From positions 82,529-146,528 of the IMG/VR virus record IMGVR_UViG_2909739949_000002: a stretch of DNA of 64,000 nucleotides, one strand, 5' to 3'. Under the pieces are notes generated by a model. That model was not told the origin of the DNA. It did no database searches and worked only from the letters and a program-made list of their open reading frames with translations. Each line of letters starts with the position of its first letter. The stretch's first letter is position 1. Position numbers and translations under genes: made by a program. Source of the DNA: a virus. Its lineage: Duplodnaviria; Heunggongvirae; Uroviricota; Caudoviricetes. This document shows positions 54,401-63,648 of the stretch, piece by piece.

Positions 54401-57182
54401 TACTCTGTCTCTTAAGAGCTTCTTCAGGTGATAACTTACTATGACTAATCTCTGGAGATATATGAGATTGATATTCTAATATTTGTGTAAAGAATACTTC
54501 TAGATCATCTAGATTGTTAGGATTTATCTTTCTAGTCATAGTACTTCCATCCCAAACAAGAGAACCATTTCTCACCATTTGGGTTTGTATCTGTTTTAGT
54601 TTTTTATATTCATTTAAAACATCACCATCTACTGAATAGGTAGAAATAATATTACCTAACTGAGATAATCCTTCTCTCATAATAGTGAAGGGTAGAGTAA
54701 TAGTAGATATGAATCTACCTGCGGCGGCAGCTTTTCTCGAACCCATATCTACTATCTCATTTCTAGCTAGGATAGAATTGAATCCATTATTAAAATAAAT
54801 ACTCTCAAAGGTAGATAGAAGATCAGTAAAAGAGAACACTTCCGCAAGAGTTATAAAATCTCTAGTAGATGATCTATTCCTACCAAACCATCCCCAATTA
54901 AGGGGATTAGCTGGTAAATAATAACCTAATTCATCTAAAGCCTGAGCCACGTTCTGGGCTCTTTCATAACCCATATTCTTAATAATCCATTTACCATCTT
55001 TCTTTTCTGGGTCTCCAGTATATTCTAAGTAAGGAGAAGCATAGAGGGCTTCTCTATATTTATCTAGAGAAGTTCTCATCTTTTTCCAAAGAAGACCATC
55101 AGTTCCTAAAGATACAGGATATGGGTTAATCACATCCATTATGAAGGGATCAACTATATTCTGAAAGAGATATCCAGCTCTCTTCCTATACATAATATTA
55201 GTAAGAGAAGGAACTGTACCATTAATAGTTTCATATAAATGAACCTTACCGTCTATTCTTCTTTTAGTTAACTCTTCATGTATCTTTTGTTGTCTACTAA
55301 TAGTTTCTCCAGTAGGAGTTTTAGATGTGGCATATTTAGGATCTAAGAATTCTGGGCCTATAGAAAGAATAGTAGAGGCGGCTCTAATAAATTTCACATC
55401 CTGAAATCCACTAGTGCCTTGCATAAGAGCTATATCTATCATCCCTTGAATACTACTCTTAAAGGCTTCTGAAGATATATATGAGAATGGGACTCCTAAT
55501 GTGAAGTAAGTAAGAGTTGCTATTGAAGTAGTTAACAAGAAACTAGTAGAGAAAGTTAATAAACTTTCAAAGACTCCTTTATTACTTCCTTGAGTTAAGG
55601 AAGTAGGGTCTTTCATAGGGTTCATTTCTTCTAGAAGTTCTATGTAATCACTAGTATAGGCATTGGCTCCAAAGTAATAGCCTAATGATTTATCTAGGAC
55701 TGCTCCTAATGCTCCTGCTATGGAAGGTAGAGTACCAGATTCATCTTTATATAATCTTCCATAACCATGAGAGATAGACCAGACATTAAAGTAATACCCC
55801 AATCCAGGAGTATTCATCTCTCTATCATAGTTAAGAACATAATCTGGAATAGAAGTTGGTAATTGACCGCCATGTGTAGCTACATATTTCATTCTATATG
55901 CAGCAGTAGCATATCCTTCCTTATTGATTATGTCTAGATGATCTTTACCTGCCATATCTCTAGCAGAATTATATAAAGCTAGTTCATAGAAATGAGATAC
56001 ACCATGTCTAGAAGGAAGAATATAAGTGCCACTAGAACCAGAAGTATCAAAGAAAGGGGCTAATTGAGCATTGTTATATCCATATTTATTAGCCTGATTC
56101 CCAGCCAATCTTTGAAGTTCATATTTACCACTGATATCTTTAAGATTACTTAAAAGTGAATTAGCTAGATTACCATCAGTTCTATATAATAAGTCTAGAC
56201 TTTCTCTTCTATTAGCGGCACCAGTTATATTATGAGAACCTATATAACCTATAGTTTTACCTTTATCATGAAGAGCAAAAGCTTTAAGGTGAGGTAATAA
56301 AGGATCAGCTTTATCTGGTACAAATACATCTACTCCTGATGATCTTAAATCTTGAATCGCTCTAGATAACCCTTGCTTGCTACCACCAGTAGCTCCTCTA
56401 GCTGTACTATCTGGATTAGAAGATATAAGAGTAACTTTAGCGCCTCTATCACTAGCATCCTGTAAAGCATTGACTATTGCTGGATCATCTATATAAGGAG
56501 AAGCTATAACTATCTCTGCATTATTAGAAGCTCTTTTAATGTCACCAATAATAGAAGCAGTAGCGTCTTGTCCTATAAAGAAATTACCTCTACTTTGAGG
56601 ATTAATTCCTTTAATAACATCTTCTTGAATACCTGTAAGATCTTTTATATCGTTCTTATTCCCTATCTTTACTGCTAAGTTTATTTGATAAAGACTTGAA
56701 CTATTAGAGAAATGTTTAGTGAGACTATTTAATATACTAAGAGATTGCCTAGCTAATCTTGATTGTGGAACTTGTTGATGAGAAGAGTTAGTTAAATTGG
56801 CTGTGGATATAAGAGCTGTAGGTAAAGAATCTTCAGTACCTACATAACTTTTTATATGTAATCTAGCTTTCTCTCCAGGTTCAGAATATTTAATTATTGA
56901 TATTCCTCTTTTCTGAAGGGAAGTAGAAAATCTATTTCTATGTTCTACCTCTTCTATATCTATATTAAAATTATCATCTATAAGATATCCTGTGTTAAGT
57001 ATTACTCTGTTAGAGGCTCTAGTAAAAGATGGTGTTATAGAAGTACTAGGTAACTCAAATAGGGTAGATGTCATACTACCTTGATCTACGCCCTCAAAGA
57101 AAGCTCTGGTACCAGAGCTAACTTCTGAAGGACTATATAAAGTACTTTCTTGTTTTACTAACCTAGATTGTTGATTTAGCAC
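48426..57182 (-). CDS. 2918-aa probable virion/ejection or tape-measure-like protein with N-terminal tandem PLD motifs
   Basis: HIK...STANLT and HLK...GSHNIT, IASPY; many Gly/Ala-rich hydrophobic segments; located in late block. Confidence 0.6.
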   Translation of the reverse strand: MLNQQSRLVKQESTLYSPSEVSSGTRAFFEGVDQGSMTSTLFELPSTSITPSFTRASNRVILNTGYLIDDNFNIDIEEVEHRNRFSTSLQKRGISIIKYSEPGEKARLHIKSYVGTEDSLPTALISTANLTNSSHQQVPQSRLARQSLSILNSLTKHFSNSSSLYQINLAVKIGNKNDIKDLTGIQEDVIKGINPQSRGNFFIGQDATASIIGDIKRASNNAEIVIASPYIDDPAIVNALQDASDRGAKVTLISSNPDSTARGATGGSKQGLSRAIQDLRSSGVDVFVPDKADPLLPHLKAFALHDKGKTIGYIGSHNITGAANRRESLDLLYRTDGNLANSLLSNLKDISGKYELQRLAGNQANKYGYNNAQLAPFFDTSGSSGTYILPSRHGVSHFYELALYNSARDMAGKDHLDIINKEGYATAAYRMKYVATHGGQLPTSIPDYVLNYDREMNTPGLGYYFNVWSISHGYGRLYKDESGTLPSIAGALGAVLDKSLGYYFGANAYTSDYIELLEEMNPMKDPTSLTQGSNKGVFESLLTFSTSFLLTTSIATLTYFTLGVPFSYISSEAFKSSIQGMIDIALMQGTSGFQDVKFIRAASTILSIGPEFLDPKYATSKTPTGETISRQQKIHEELTKRRIDGKVHLYETINGTVPSLTNIMYRKRAGYLFQNIVDPFIMDVINPYPVSLGTDGLLWKKMRTSLDKYREALYASPYLEYTGDPEKKDGKWIIKNMGYERAQNVAQALDELGYYLPANPLNWGWFGRNRSSTRDFITLAEVFSFTDLLSTFESIYFNNGFNSILARNEIVDMGSRKAAAAGRFISTITLPFTIMREGLSQLGNIISTYSVDGDVLNEYKKLKQIQTQMVRNGSLVWDGSTMTRKINPNNLDDLEVFFTQILEYQSHISPEISHSKLSPEEALKRQSREDALLDKARSHYSKQKNKIDRIRTEHGRQTITIDPLLNNKGKIGTFILLAIGASIAADDLMSSFQGASIWSQFWLSINHREAAPVEFTANRILPTSGLTTPLLSVGYTGAAIALASGLASRTMGAELERYSLDVSNPKVMETIQKVSHSAKFGIRESLENERYLVNLLTEKGIATPKGAWLKSFAFWSTGLLAGRFAFRWAAVGVLNAIKSIPFVGENLLGKGNLSPTENLALADILGSYRNEVIRRYHAGEYLTEGDRLSVYHAGIMLSRLPITKYNQGAGTTRVIAQQAPMQYFQFFVASSVKGADERIGKKGIVSLSFGMQSAPILGFNVSFSAPIAVNLDATNKLGFSLVYNDEPNNILNYLSAVGSLGGTLAIYTATVLGLLEGSIGLTKLFNKDNILLQELTEASNTVKTAAKSVYNGLESLVYFPNKGLNTVESMVKINTSFYSELFNEGTQSLSATGGKIHWGLRSLIDVSKLGVLALISHKVFSFVTDVFTDDENIINAGGWVGVLGAAAYSLGGKPIYTHIAPKTTGMRKFFNEVDNKVLRKVTAMKIPSLAIITAGMYLYTSSWFGLSVGMDTKIERDKLVQDPAQQWATIALGSSSIWLTTSIYNDFGKDVRSTAIAFDKVSSKIGYLEGNPLTWALQFHYRIKRYFYKSDLAKYKDLMNEYLIRFSDSPHSTLAADRAENNALGDSLDNLAKNRIDDIDEFLADSNLREDFFRVTDRTEFVNFAESTKRGPRVSRLTRYITAGFVGALATTFAINMLGTIHSNGSQGQAAVDAFYSSLNSKELLPQAIANVVRIVTKQDKMRYTSGDLYDQLIMNAKGQYRPLRGEKLINITDPSISRLNSILQTLVAPYIVNPQNTYQSILPFVGVTFRLRDKGLTATFYSQLQSANQDTSTAIYSMASSFYFKEALKSGSPLRLIIEQSMQKLGFTGGSLVDERTSASKIRALGIAIRTASAQLSPLDPKNRRRYTLPASESTMSLITQDSLLTLSLRERTRRTVELANQPLDSIISRMVDTLDPNMLINTSRNIDKSNLYKSLDSNISVINGNIFQDGFNANFLYHLFNPLGKISLRQITFSFDKNKKEMRANKTEIDETTEWLEYSSMYLDWNQAVNPGEFSFVGEVAKAGDAQISAWTGPFKPVAYAGLITVGGALGIGLLGHYFYGMDTAAVLKSSKMAKNLFTDPADNGRTFKFFIDKRVHSVDGASYSSQSLHIRRGNKTFVLSIPEGQSADSLLREAKSAIQSLQVEVQSMTDDLVLDIFNAHENINGGLGFWKGLRKDAVRDLLHGVYVSTLDNYIDRFFDTLDEVYVGDRSFGASVSRHFLDDTSKEAAKSVIKNKLQKDILELLDHELGNNPSANLLGRYKNLSSDAETIHYLSQLVIDKIGYLFQGIRNNLLVLEPEDLSGYSRRMEKVIEEYIGQHQVTRFGEIASAHVSPVKRIIGYKLTPGSGGEVQGEIPTLKRPKLGIMPTLGKIGGTITQSLGLIEGIDLWTAFTTLANTQDALGNNTTGDLRYQATHAGEAVLNSIQGILFSYALFRGGAALGSLGGSLLATGPIGIGIAVLTGIALIGGAVLFHKNISETWEKITQSDFAKGFFKIIGDMYQGAATGIGEGILGISNLLGKIPGLSPGKVTSFIGGGLSILSMLFTLSGPFKALANPGVLARGAMAGGLINAAISSIPGALPMMNNVSSWIHRKISSIPLLNWFLTPFESQLAWSSNQFYDPRAPFSSGTAQAAIANDWQRHLMAATDYTGARTKRLFLNASLYGDVYSTEPDLIKPIEAVFTIRPHNLIDLFLDKEFDVRSQYYNQSVIGRAIWYSYMFNAHNYREMIQVSKIMEYGNPKIKQVNNDIKASEEKEVKELKQKVINIDKGNTVNSHEGGVINKVLNKMQAFISNIGDKIRTFVYIPRNQAFNPALQANLQFLSINNLPVLETNKSINRTDGVVTLEEAISARNDLLILATRGQIHPLSTVQSGYST

Positions 57183-57196
57183 AGGAATTATCCTAA

Positions 57197-58018
57197 TTAA
57201 TAAATACCAAAGGGACTATAGATATTAATACTTCCTGGTAAATAAGTACCCTCTCTAATCTGGGTACTATTATCAGACTTATCTCTCCATAAAACATCTC
57301 CTCTAGAAAGAGGTTTGTTATATAGAACTGTATAGGAAGTATTAGTAGAAGGAGCGGCTAAAGAATTAACCCAATTAATTAATAGCTGAGGAGTATCCTC
57401 ATTAGGTAAAGAAGTAGGAATAGTAGTATCTATCAAAGACCATCCTTGATATATCTGACTAGAATCATCAGTGTTATATATAGAAACTATATCTATAACA
57501 TCTAAATTATTAATTAATGAGTCATTAGGTGAGCCGCTTCTTAATAAATTAACTGTTAGTCTATTATTATTAAGAGATTTATACTCTACATAACTTCTAT
57601 AACTAAGTAATCTATATCTATCCACAGTAGGTATATGCCAATATTCTATGTGGATTAACTTAGGAAATATCTTAGGTGCAAATTTAATATAATCGGTAGG
57701 AACAACAGTCTTATTCCATTGCCAATACTCAATCTTGTAACAAGCATTAATACCAAATCCTATAGAAGGAGGTAATTTTAATCTAACCTTACCTTTAACT
57801 AAAGAATTAGTAGGAATGTGAACTTTAATAGAAGGGGCAGGTAAGTTAGTGAGACTGTTATTGGTTTGAGGAGGATAGATTATTAGATAATAGTATGTAT
57901 TACTTATAATAGGTTCTTCTAGAAGTTCTATCTCTTCATTAGAATTAGGTATATCTACTATAGGTTCAATAGGAAGAATATCTAAATCTAGATCTATTAA
58001 GAGAGGGCTAGATAACAT
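57197..58018 (-). CDS. hypothetical late/structural protein
   Basis: ORF track; late block. Confidence 0.5.
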   Translation of the reverse strand: MLSSPLLIDLDLDILPIEPIVDIPNSNEEIELLEEPIISNTYYYLIIYPPQTNNSLTNLPAPSIKVHIPTNSLVKGKVRLKLPPSIGFGINACYKIEYWQWNKTVVPTDYIKFAPKIFPKLIHIEYWHIPTVDRYRLLSYRSYVEYKSLNNNRLTVNLLRSGSPNDSLINNLDVIDIVSIYNTDDSSQIYQGWSLIDTTIPTSLPNEDTPQLLINWVNSLAAPSTNTSYTVLYNKPLSRGDVLWRDKSDNSTQIREGTYLPGSINIYSPFGIY

Positions 58019-58021
58019 AAA

Positions 58022-58057
58022 AAATAGTCTATAGAATATATATTCTATAGACTATTT
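58022..58057. repeat. perfect 36-bp palindrome
   Basis: AAATAGTCTATAGAATAT|ATATTCTATAGACTATTT. Confidence 0.85.
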
Positions 58058-58079
58058 ACTTAGTAGATTAGTAATCTAT

Positions 58080-58580
58080 TTAAGGAGTAGGTTCTGGAAG
58101 TTTATTAATAAATAAATCTAGGAAATCTTCTGCTTCTTGTGTAGATATCAAAGCTGATTGTTGTACATCATCTACTATAGTAATAGTAGCGCCTTCAGCT
58201 AGATTAGATAAAGCATCTACATGAGCATACCCTACATAGATTACAAAGTAATCAGTTAAATCTATAACTGATCCAACATCTTGCATAAGAGACATCAGTT
58301 TACTAGTAACAGGTAAGATAAATAAACCATCATCTACGTTCTGATAAATAGATTTAAATAATGCAAACAGAGTAAACTTCTGTGCATAGTAATTACCATT
58401 TATCTTGAATAAAGCATAGTAATTATCTACATTAGGATAGGTCTGTAATAGATCATAATTAGTATCTTCTGGATAGGCCATATCCAAAGTAATAATTCCA
58501 GGCATAATTTTATCTTCTTTATGTTTACGTTTATGTTTTCCAGCTTTAGCTTTAAAGCTTAGGATAGGAGAGTATTTCAT
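58080..58580 (-). CDS. hypothetical structural protein (start may be MPGII)
   Basis: ORF track. Confidence 0.55.
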   Translation of the reverse strand: MKYSPILSFKAKAGKHKRKHKEDKIMPGIITLDMAYPEDTNYDLLQTYPNVDNYYALFKINGNYYAQKFTLFALFKSIYQNVDDGLFILPVTSKLMSLMQDVGSVIDLTDYFVIYVGYAHVDALSNLAEGATITIVDDVQQSALISTQEAEDFLDLFINKLPEPTP

Positions 58581-59168
58581 TTATCTAATATATCCTTCTA
58601 CTACAATTCCAATATCTTCTGCACTAGCAGGAGCATAATTACTAGCCGCTTGAAGAATAATAAACAACTCAGTATAAGTTTCAGATAACTGTCCACTCCA
58701 TTCACCATGTTCAGAAGCAGCAACACTATTATCAATTAGAGTATAAGGATCTCCACAGGGAACAATAACTGCTCCTGTAATAGATACTTCATCTGGAACT
58801 GCTAGAGGAGCATTATCTTCTGTAACTGTAAATGGCTCATTAAACATAAACACATTTACAATAGGTAATATGCTTTGAGCAGTACCAAATATTACTTTGA
58901 CATTAGTAATACTAAAGAAGTCTCCAGGTTGAGCTCCAAAGGTACTAAGGTCTATTGCTATAGGAGTAGTATTAGTAGGATTGGGTAAGAAACCCATAAG
59001 TTCTTGAGGGCCACCACCACTAGGAGTTCTATGTGTAATAGCATCTCCTATTGAGTATTGAGTTGTATCAGAAGGTCTAGAGAATCCAGTGAATAACTTA
59101 AACCCTCTAGGATTGTTAGTTACATTCACATCAAGACTATTAGATTTAATGGGCATAGTTTTTACCAA
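58581..59168 (-). CDS. putative virion structural protein
   Basis: Beta-rich composition; RPSDTTQYSIGDAI; within tail-like block. Confidence 0.5.
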   Translation of the reverse strand: MVKTMPIKSNSLDVNVTNNPRGFKLFTGFSRPSDTTQYSIGDAITHRTPSGGGPQELMGFLPNPTNTTPIAIDLSTFGAQPGDFFSITNVKVIFGTAQSILPIVNVFMFNEPFTVTEDNAPLAVPDEVSITGAVIVPCGDPYTLIDNSVAASEHGEWSGQLSETYTELFIILQAASNYAPASAEDIGIVVEGYIR

Positions 59169-61213
59169 AGTTCTTTCATATTAAAGGTGCAATCAACAGA
59201 TCCAGTTCCTCCTATAGGTCTGACTACTAGAACTATCTCTCTGTTAGTAGGTAAGTTAAATAAGAATGATTCAGTAGGAAGAAAATCTATTATGTTATTT
59301 GTAGTTCCTATAGGAATATTAGTTCTAAATAAAACTAAAGCATTAGCACTAGGAACATAGTTTATAGTAGAGTTCTTTGCTACTTCTAGAGAAGTCTCAG
59401 AAGCGGGCACATTAGTTGGAGTACCAAATGTTTGAGTAATAGTATTTAATGTTTCTAATATAAGCATTATCTCATGGACTCTAGTGACTGCACTTATGCT
59501 TATATTATATGGATGGGCAGTTACAGTATTAGCTCTACCTCTAAAAGTAGATTTCTTTCTCCAAGCTATGAGAGGTAAGTACTGGTTAGTAGTAGTAGCT
59601 GCTGTAGTTCTAAATTCACTAGTGATTCTAAAGTTAGTATCATGTTGACCATAGACACAGAACTGTCTACCTATTACAGCTAAACTACCAGCAGTAGTAG
59701 TACTACCATTTCTTATATCTACTGTAATAGGTAATTCACAAGTAGATATTAATCCTCCTCCAGTAGAAGGTTGAGTGTAATGTACAGGTACATTAACTAA
59801 ACCAGTAGAAGTTGGAATAGAAATAATATATAAAACTCCACCAGAAGCTTGCCAACTAAATTGACCAATCCATATTAATCCTATATTAGTATAATCGTCT
59901 AAATTAATTCCACTAGAGCCATTACCATCTAATGTATCTATATTCCAACTAGATCTTCTAACAATAGTACTAATACTATTCTTTCTAGTACCAACATAAT
60001 AAGAAGTTGAATCAACTCCAAAGTACATTCCATTCTGAGAATTGAGTAAGCCCCACTCAAATACTTGATTACCTACTGGTAATGCAGGTACTCTAACAGA
60101 TACACTAAACTCTGCTTCTTTACCGCATACATAAACAGAAGATTGAACTGTTTCTAAAATAATTCTATCTGTACCAGTAGTAGTGGTTGTTAATACAATT
60201 TCTCCATTTATTTCAGTAACAGAAGCAGATGGATTACCAGTAATACTTACTATATCTCTAATAGAAGAAGTTCCATAACAAGAAGGACAGGAGAATACTA
60301 TTTGTTTCTCAGCAGTTAGAAGCTCTCTGAAATCAGAAGTACTTAATCCTTGAGATAAGGGTAATGAATTAATACTAACGGGTTGAGTAGTAGTTCCTGT
60401 TGGATCTACTCTCATAGGATTAGCACTAGATCCTACTTCTACTGGAGTACCATTAGATAATTGTCTAAGAGTAACTCCTAATACCTTAGAGGTTCCTCCT
60501 GTATTATCTAAATCAACACTAAATAATTCATTACCTGTAGAATCCTTAAGAACACTATCAGTATTCCAAGTACCCGATTGTGTTGCAGATACACTTCCTG
60601 TAATGGGTTGGGAAGGAGAACCAATACCTGCTGATTGAACAGTTAAAACTCTACCTGAGTTGGTAATACCAGCAGTATCCCCACCAGATATTATTAGTCC
60701 TACAGAATTAGTAGAAAGCTTATTATTAATTGCAGATACAGTTGATTCTGTTGCTGCTCCAGTAGGTAATGAAACTGTTCCTGAAACATTAGTAATATTC
60801 CATGTACCTGACTGACTAACTGCTTGTGTACCACTAGGTATATTTCTAGTAATTAGTGCATAGTCACTACTACCTGGAGTAGTGTTAGTTATTTGAGTAG
60901 TATTAGTCCCATCAGTAATCTTAGTTAGCTGATTACCATTAGTTAGATTAACTAGATAATCAGCTAACTTTTTACTAATACTACTAAGCCAACCAATTAA
61001 CCCACTACCTCCAGATTCTAAGGATTGTCCTGTAATAGGAGAACCATTATTACTAGTAACATCTATAGGAGTAGCCCTTAATTGAGTATTAGTAAGAATG
61101 TCATTACTAATACTTACTAATAAATCAGTAGTATCTTCTTCACTTAATGAGCCTAAATTAACACTAACTTTTGGCTCATTAACTGGATTGGTTTCGTTAG
61201 AGTTAATGCCCAT
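59162..61213 (-). CDS. putative tail fibre/spike protein
   Basis: S/T/G/N-rich stalk with QSGTWN repeats and a beta-sandwich-like C-terminal half. Confidence 0.6.
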   Translation of the reverse strand: MGINSNETNPVNEPKVSVNLGSLSEEDTTDLLVSISNDILTNTQLRATPIDVTSNNGSPITGQSLESGGSGLIGWLSSISKKLADYLVNLTNGNQLTKITDGTNTTQITNTTPGSSDYALITRNIPSGTQAVSQSGTWNITNVSGTVSLPTGAATESTVSAINNKLSTNSVGLIISGGDTAGITNSGRVLTVQSAGIGSPSQPITGSVSATQSGTWNTDSVLKDSTGNELFSVDLDNTGGTSKVLGVTLRQLSNGTPVEVGSSANPMRVDPTGTTTQPVSINSLPLSQGLSTSDFRELLTAEKQIVFSCPSCYGTSSIRDIVSITGNPSASVTEINGEIVLTTTTTGTDRIILETVQSSVYVCGKEAEFSVSVRVPALPVGNQVFEWGLLNSQNGMYFGVDSTSYYVGTRKNSISTIVRRSSWNIDTLDGNGSSGINLDDYTNIGLIWIGQFSWQASGGVLYIISIPTSTGLVNVPVHYTQPSTGGGLISTCELPITVDIRNGSTTTAGSLAVIGRQFCVYGQHDTNFRITSEFRTTAATTTNQYLPLIAWRKKSTFRGRANTVTAHPYNISISAVTRVHEIMLILETLNTITQTFGTPTNVPASETSLEVAKNSTINYVPSANALVLFRTNIPIGTTNNIIDFLPTESFLFNLPTNREIVLVVRPIGGTGSVDCTFNMKELW

Positions 61214-61215
61214 TA

Positions 61216-62751
61216 TTAAATAGCGGCTCCAATATGATATTTAATTACTGGAGTAGTACCAGTAATAGAAACTAGATTAACTCTAACCCATTTAACAGTA
61301 GAGTTCTTAATAAAGCTAATAGCTCCATCAGTAGCATCAGTAGAAGTTAGGATAGTTTGATATCCACCATCCCTTAAAGAAACTTGTATCTCTGCATTAA
61401 TAGTTGATAGAGAACCGCTAACTACTTCTAATTGAATACATAGATTAGATAAACATCTACCTAAGTCATAACCTGCTCCTGTTGTAGGAGTATCAGTATT
61501 ACCTAATAGAACACCTACTTCACTACCAGCTACATAGAGAGGAACTCCACCAGCTTTACCTTCAACTACAATATCTCCAGTAACATCAACTGTATTATTG
61601 ATATCTACATCAATTGGGCCTGATACTAAAGCATTAATACCTGTTTTAACATCTAATAAGGTGGCTTCAGTAGCGGCACCTGTTGGGAGAGGTAATGATG
61701 TAGCACTAACATCTTGTGTTCCATAAGGGAAGTTACAAGTAATAACTGCTCTATCAGCTAGATTAAAACCATTCTCATCAATACTTGATAAGGTTTTAAA
61801 ACCTTGAACAGTTATAGCTGCAAGAGTAGCTTGTCCTACTTCTGCTGTAGTTCCAGATAGTTCTACAACATTAATATTGCCTGTTACTGGCAATGGATTA
61901 AGAGAAGTTACATCACTTATCTGAACTGGTATAGCGTTATTAACAAGTGCGGGTAACTTAGTATCAATGCTATCTAATAATGTATTAGCATCATCTTGTT
62001 TAGCTTCTGTAGCGCTCCCATTAAGAGTCCCTAAATTAGCTGTTACTGTTCCACTAACAGGAAGATAACCAGGAGTAATCTGAAAAGGAAGTTTAGTATT
62101 AATTTCATCTAATAAATTAATTTCTTCTTCTTGATTAGCAGCAGTGGCATCTGAACTAGTATTAGCATCTACTTGTAACTTACCTGCAATAACTGTTAAA
62201 CCGCTAGGTAGTTTACCATCTATAGAATTTAGTGAAGTATCTATTAAAGTTAAATCTGAGTGAATAGTATTTAAATTACTATTAACATCGGTAAGAAGTA
62301 AGTTGCCAACTTCCTGTAAAGAACTAGTTGCGGCTCCAATTGGTAAGGGTAAATCCAAAGCACTAATAGGAACTGGATTACCTTCATCATTACTAATTTC
62401 TAATTGTGTATTAGAAACAGTAACACTCATAGAACTAATATCTACAGGAATCCTACCACTAATTAAATCTGGTAGTTTTCCATCTATAGTTTCTAAATAG
62501 TTATTTGCTATAACCTGATTAGCAGCAGTAGCATCAGAAGAAGAAATAGTTTCTACTTGTAGCTTACCTGCAATAACTGTTAGACCATCAGGTATCTTAT
62601 CACTTAATCCTTGAAGAGTTGTTTCTTTAGCTCCATCGCCTGAAGCTTGAATAGTTACTGAACCTAAATTACCGTTCTCATCAATGAGAACTACTGGCTC
62701 TGCCCATGTAACATTAGGAGCAGTCCCCAAAGGTATCTTTCTTGTAGTCAT
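61216..62751 (-). CDS. putative tail fibre protein with internal repeats
   Basis: Duplicated GLTVIAGKLQV...SSDATAANQ; LP.GAAT repeats. Confidence 0.6.
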   Translation of the reverse strand: MTTRKIPLGTAPNVTWAEPVVLIDENGNLGSVTIQASGDGAKETTLQGLSDKIPDGLTVIAGKLQVETISSSDATAANQVIANNYLETIDGKLPDLISGRIPVDISSMSVTVSNTQLEISNDEGNPVPISALDLPLPIGAATSSLQEVGNLLLTDVNSNLNTIHSDLTLIDTSLNSIDGKLPSGLTVIAGKLQVDANTSSDATAANQEEEINLLDEINTKLPFQITPGYLPVSGTVTANLGTLNGSATEAKQDDANTLLDSIDTKLPALVNNAIPVQISDVTSLNPLPVTGNINVVELSGTTAEVGQATLAAITVQGFKTLSSIDENGFNLADRAVITCNFPYGTQDVSATSLPLPTGAATEATLLDVKTGINALVSGPIDVDINNTVDVTGDIVVEGKAGGVPLYVAGSEVGVLLGNTDTPTTGAGYDLGRCLSNLCIQLEVVSGSLSTINAEIQVSLRDGGYQTILTSTDATDGAISFIKNSTVKWVRVNLVSITGTTPVIKYHIGAAI

Positions 62752-62763
62752 TATTACAAATAA

Positions 62764-62801
62764 TAAAATACATCTATGTTTATAAACATAGATGTATTTT
62801 A
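62764..62801. repeat. perfect 38-bp palindrome
   Basis: TAAAATACATCTATGTTTA|TAAACATAGATGTATTTTA. Confidence 0.85.
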
Positions 62802-62828
62802 AGGATTAATAGTATTCAATATAACTAT

Positions 62829-63575
62829 TTAGAAATTAGGAAAGGTTGAAGTAGGAGGGGTGAAATTACTAGTATATCTAGCAATATCTTTAGTAATTCT
62901 TACATTATCTATCTTTCCAGAAAAAAATAAATCATTAAAATTGTTATTCCAAGCACCTATTAAAAGGTCTGGATGACTTGGATTCTGGGTACCAAAACTA
63001 AAACCTACTTGACTACCTACATTTACACCATCTACATATATTGTAAGAGTACTATCAGAACATACTACAGCTATATGCTGCCAAGTATTATTAGTAATTA
63101 ATCCAGTAGAAGTAAGTAGATCAATTGTAGGATTAGTATTTGAAGACCTAGTAATAAACAGTCTTATAGAACCATTATTATTAATACTTAATACTAATCC
63201 AGTATTAGAACTTCTATATCCAGTATTATCAAATATAACATGTTCTGTATTTGCAGATAGATTGCATTTAATAAAAGCTTCTAAAGTAAAGTTACTCCCA
63301 TCATGTAAAAATTTAAATTCGTCATTTGAGTTAGCAGTTATTCTTATATAATCATCTATACCATCTAAATTTAAACTAGCACTACCAAATTTAAAGTCAG
63401 AAGTAGTAAGAGAAGCTCCATTAAAAGAAGAAACATTATGTAGTTTTTCATCAACTATTGATGTACTTCCATTACTTCCATTGAAATAACTTAAGAATAC
63501 TACGTTATCTATTGAAGAATCTGGAAGAGAAGACAGATAATTCAATGAAACTGCGTTAGTAATATTTACTAGCAT
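62829..63575 (-). CDS. LamG/concanavalin A-like lectin domain virion protein
   Basis: FKFGSASL.LDG.DDY, FTLEAFI, WQHIAVV, IYVDG, FSGKIDNVRITK, ARYT.NFTPPT. Confidence 0.82.
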   Translation of the reverse strand: MLVNITNAVSLNYLSSLPDSSIDNVVFLSYFNGSNGSTSIVDEKLHNVSSFNGASLTTSDFKFGSASLNLDGIDDYIRITANSNDEFKFLHDGSNFTLEAFIKCNLSANTEHVIFDNTGYRSSNTGLVLSINNNGSIRLFITRSSNTNPTIDLLTSTGLITNNTWQHIAVVCSDSTLTIYVDGVNVGSQVGFSFGTQNPSHPDLLIGAWNNNFNDLFFSGKIDNVRITKDIARYTSNFTPPTSTFPNF

Positions 63576-63648
63576 TATTTATATTAATAAAATATTAGAT
63601 TAAAGATAATATATTACTTTAAATAAAGTGTATTCAATATCTAGATCT

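Noticed and set aside
46793-62500. Plus-strand ORFs 46793-46978 and 62303-62500
   Set aside because: Antisense to the RuvC-like and fibre genes
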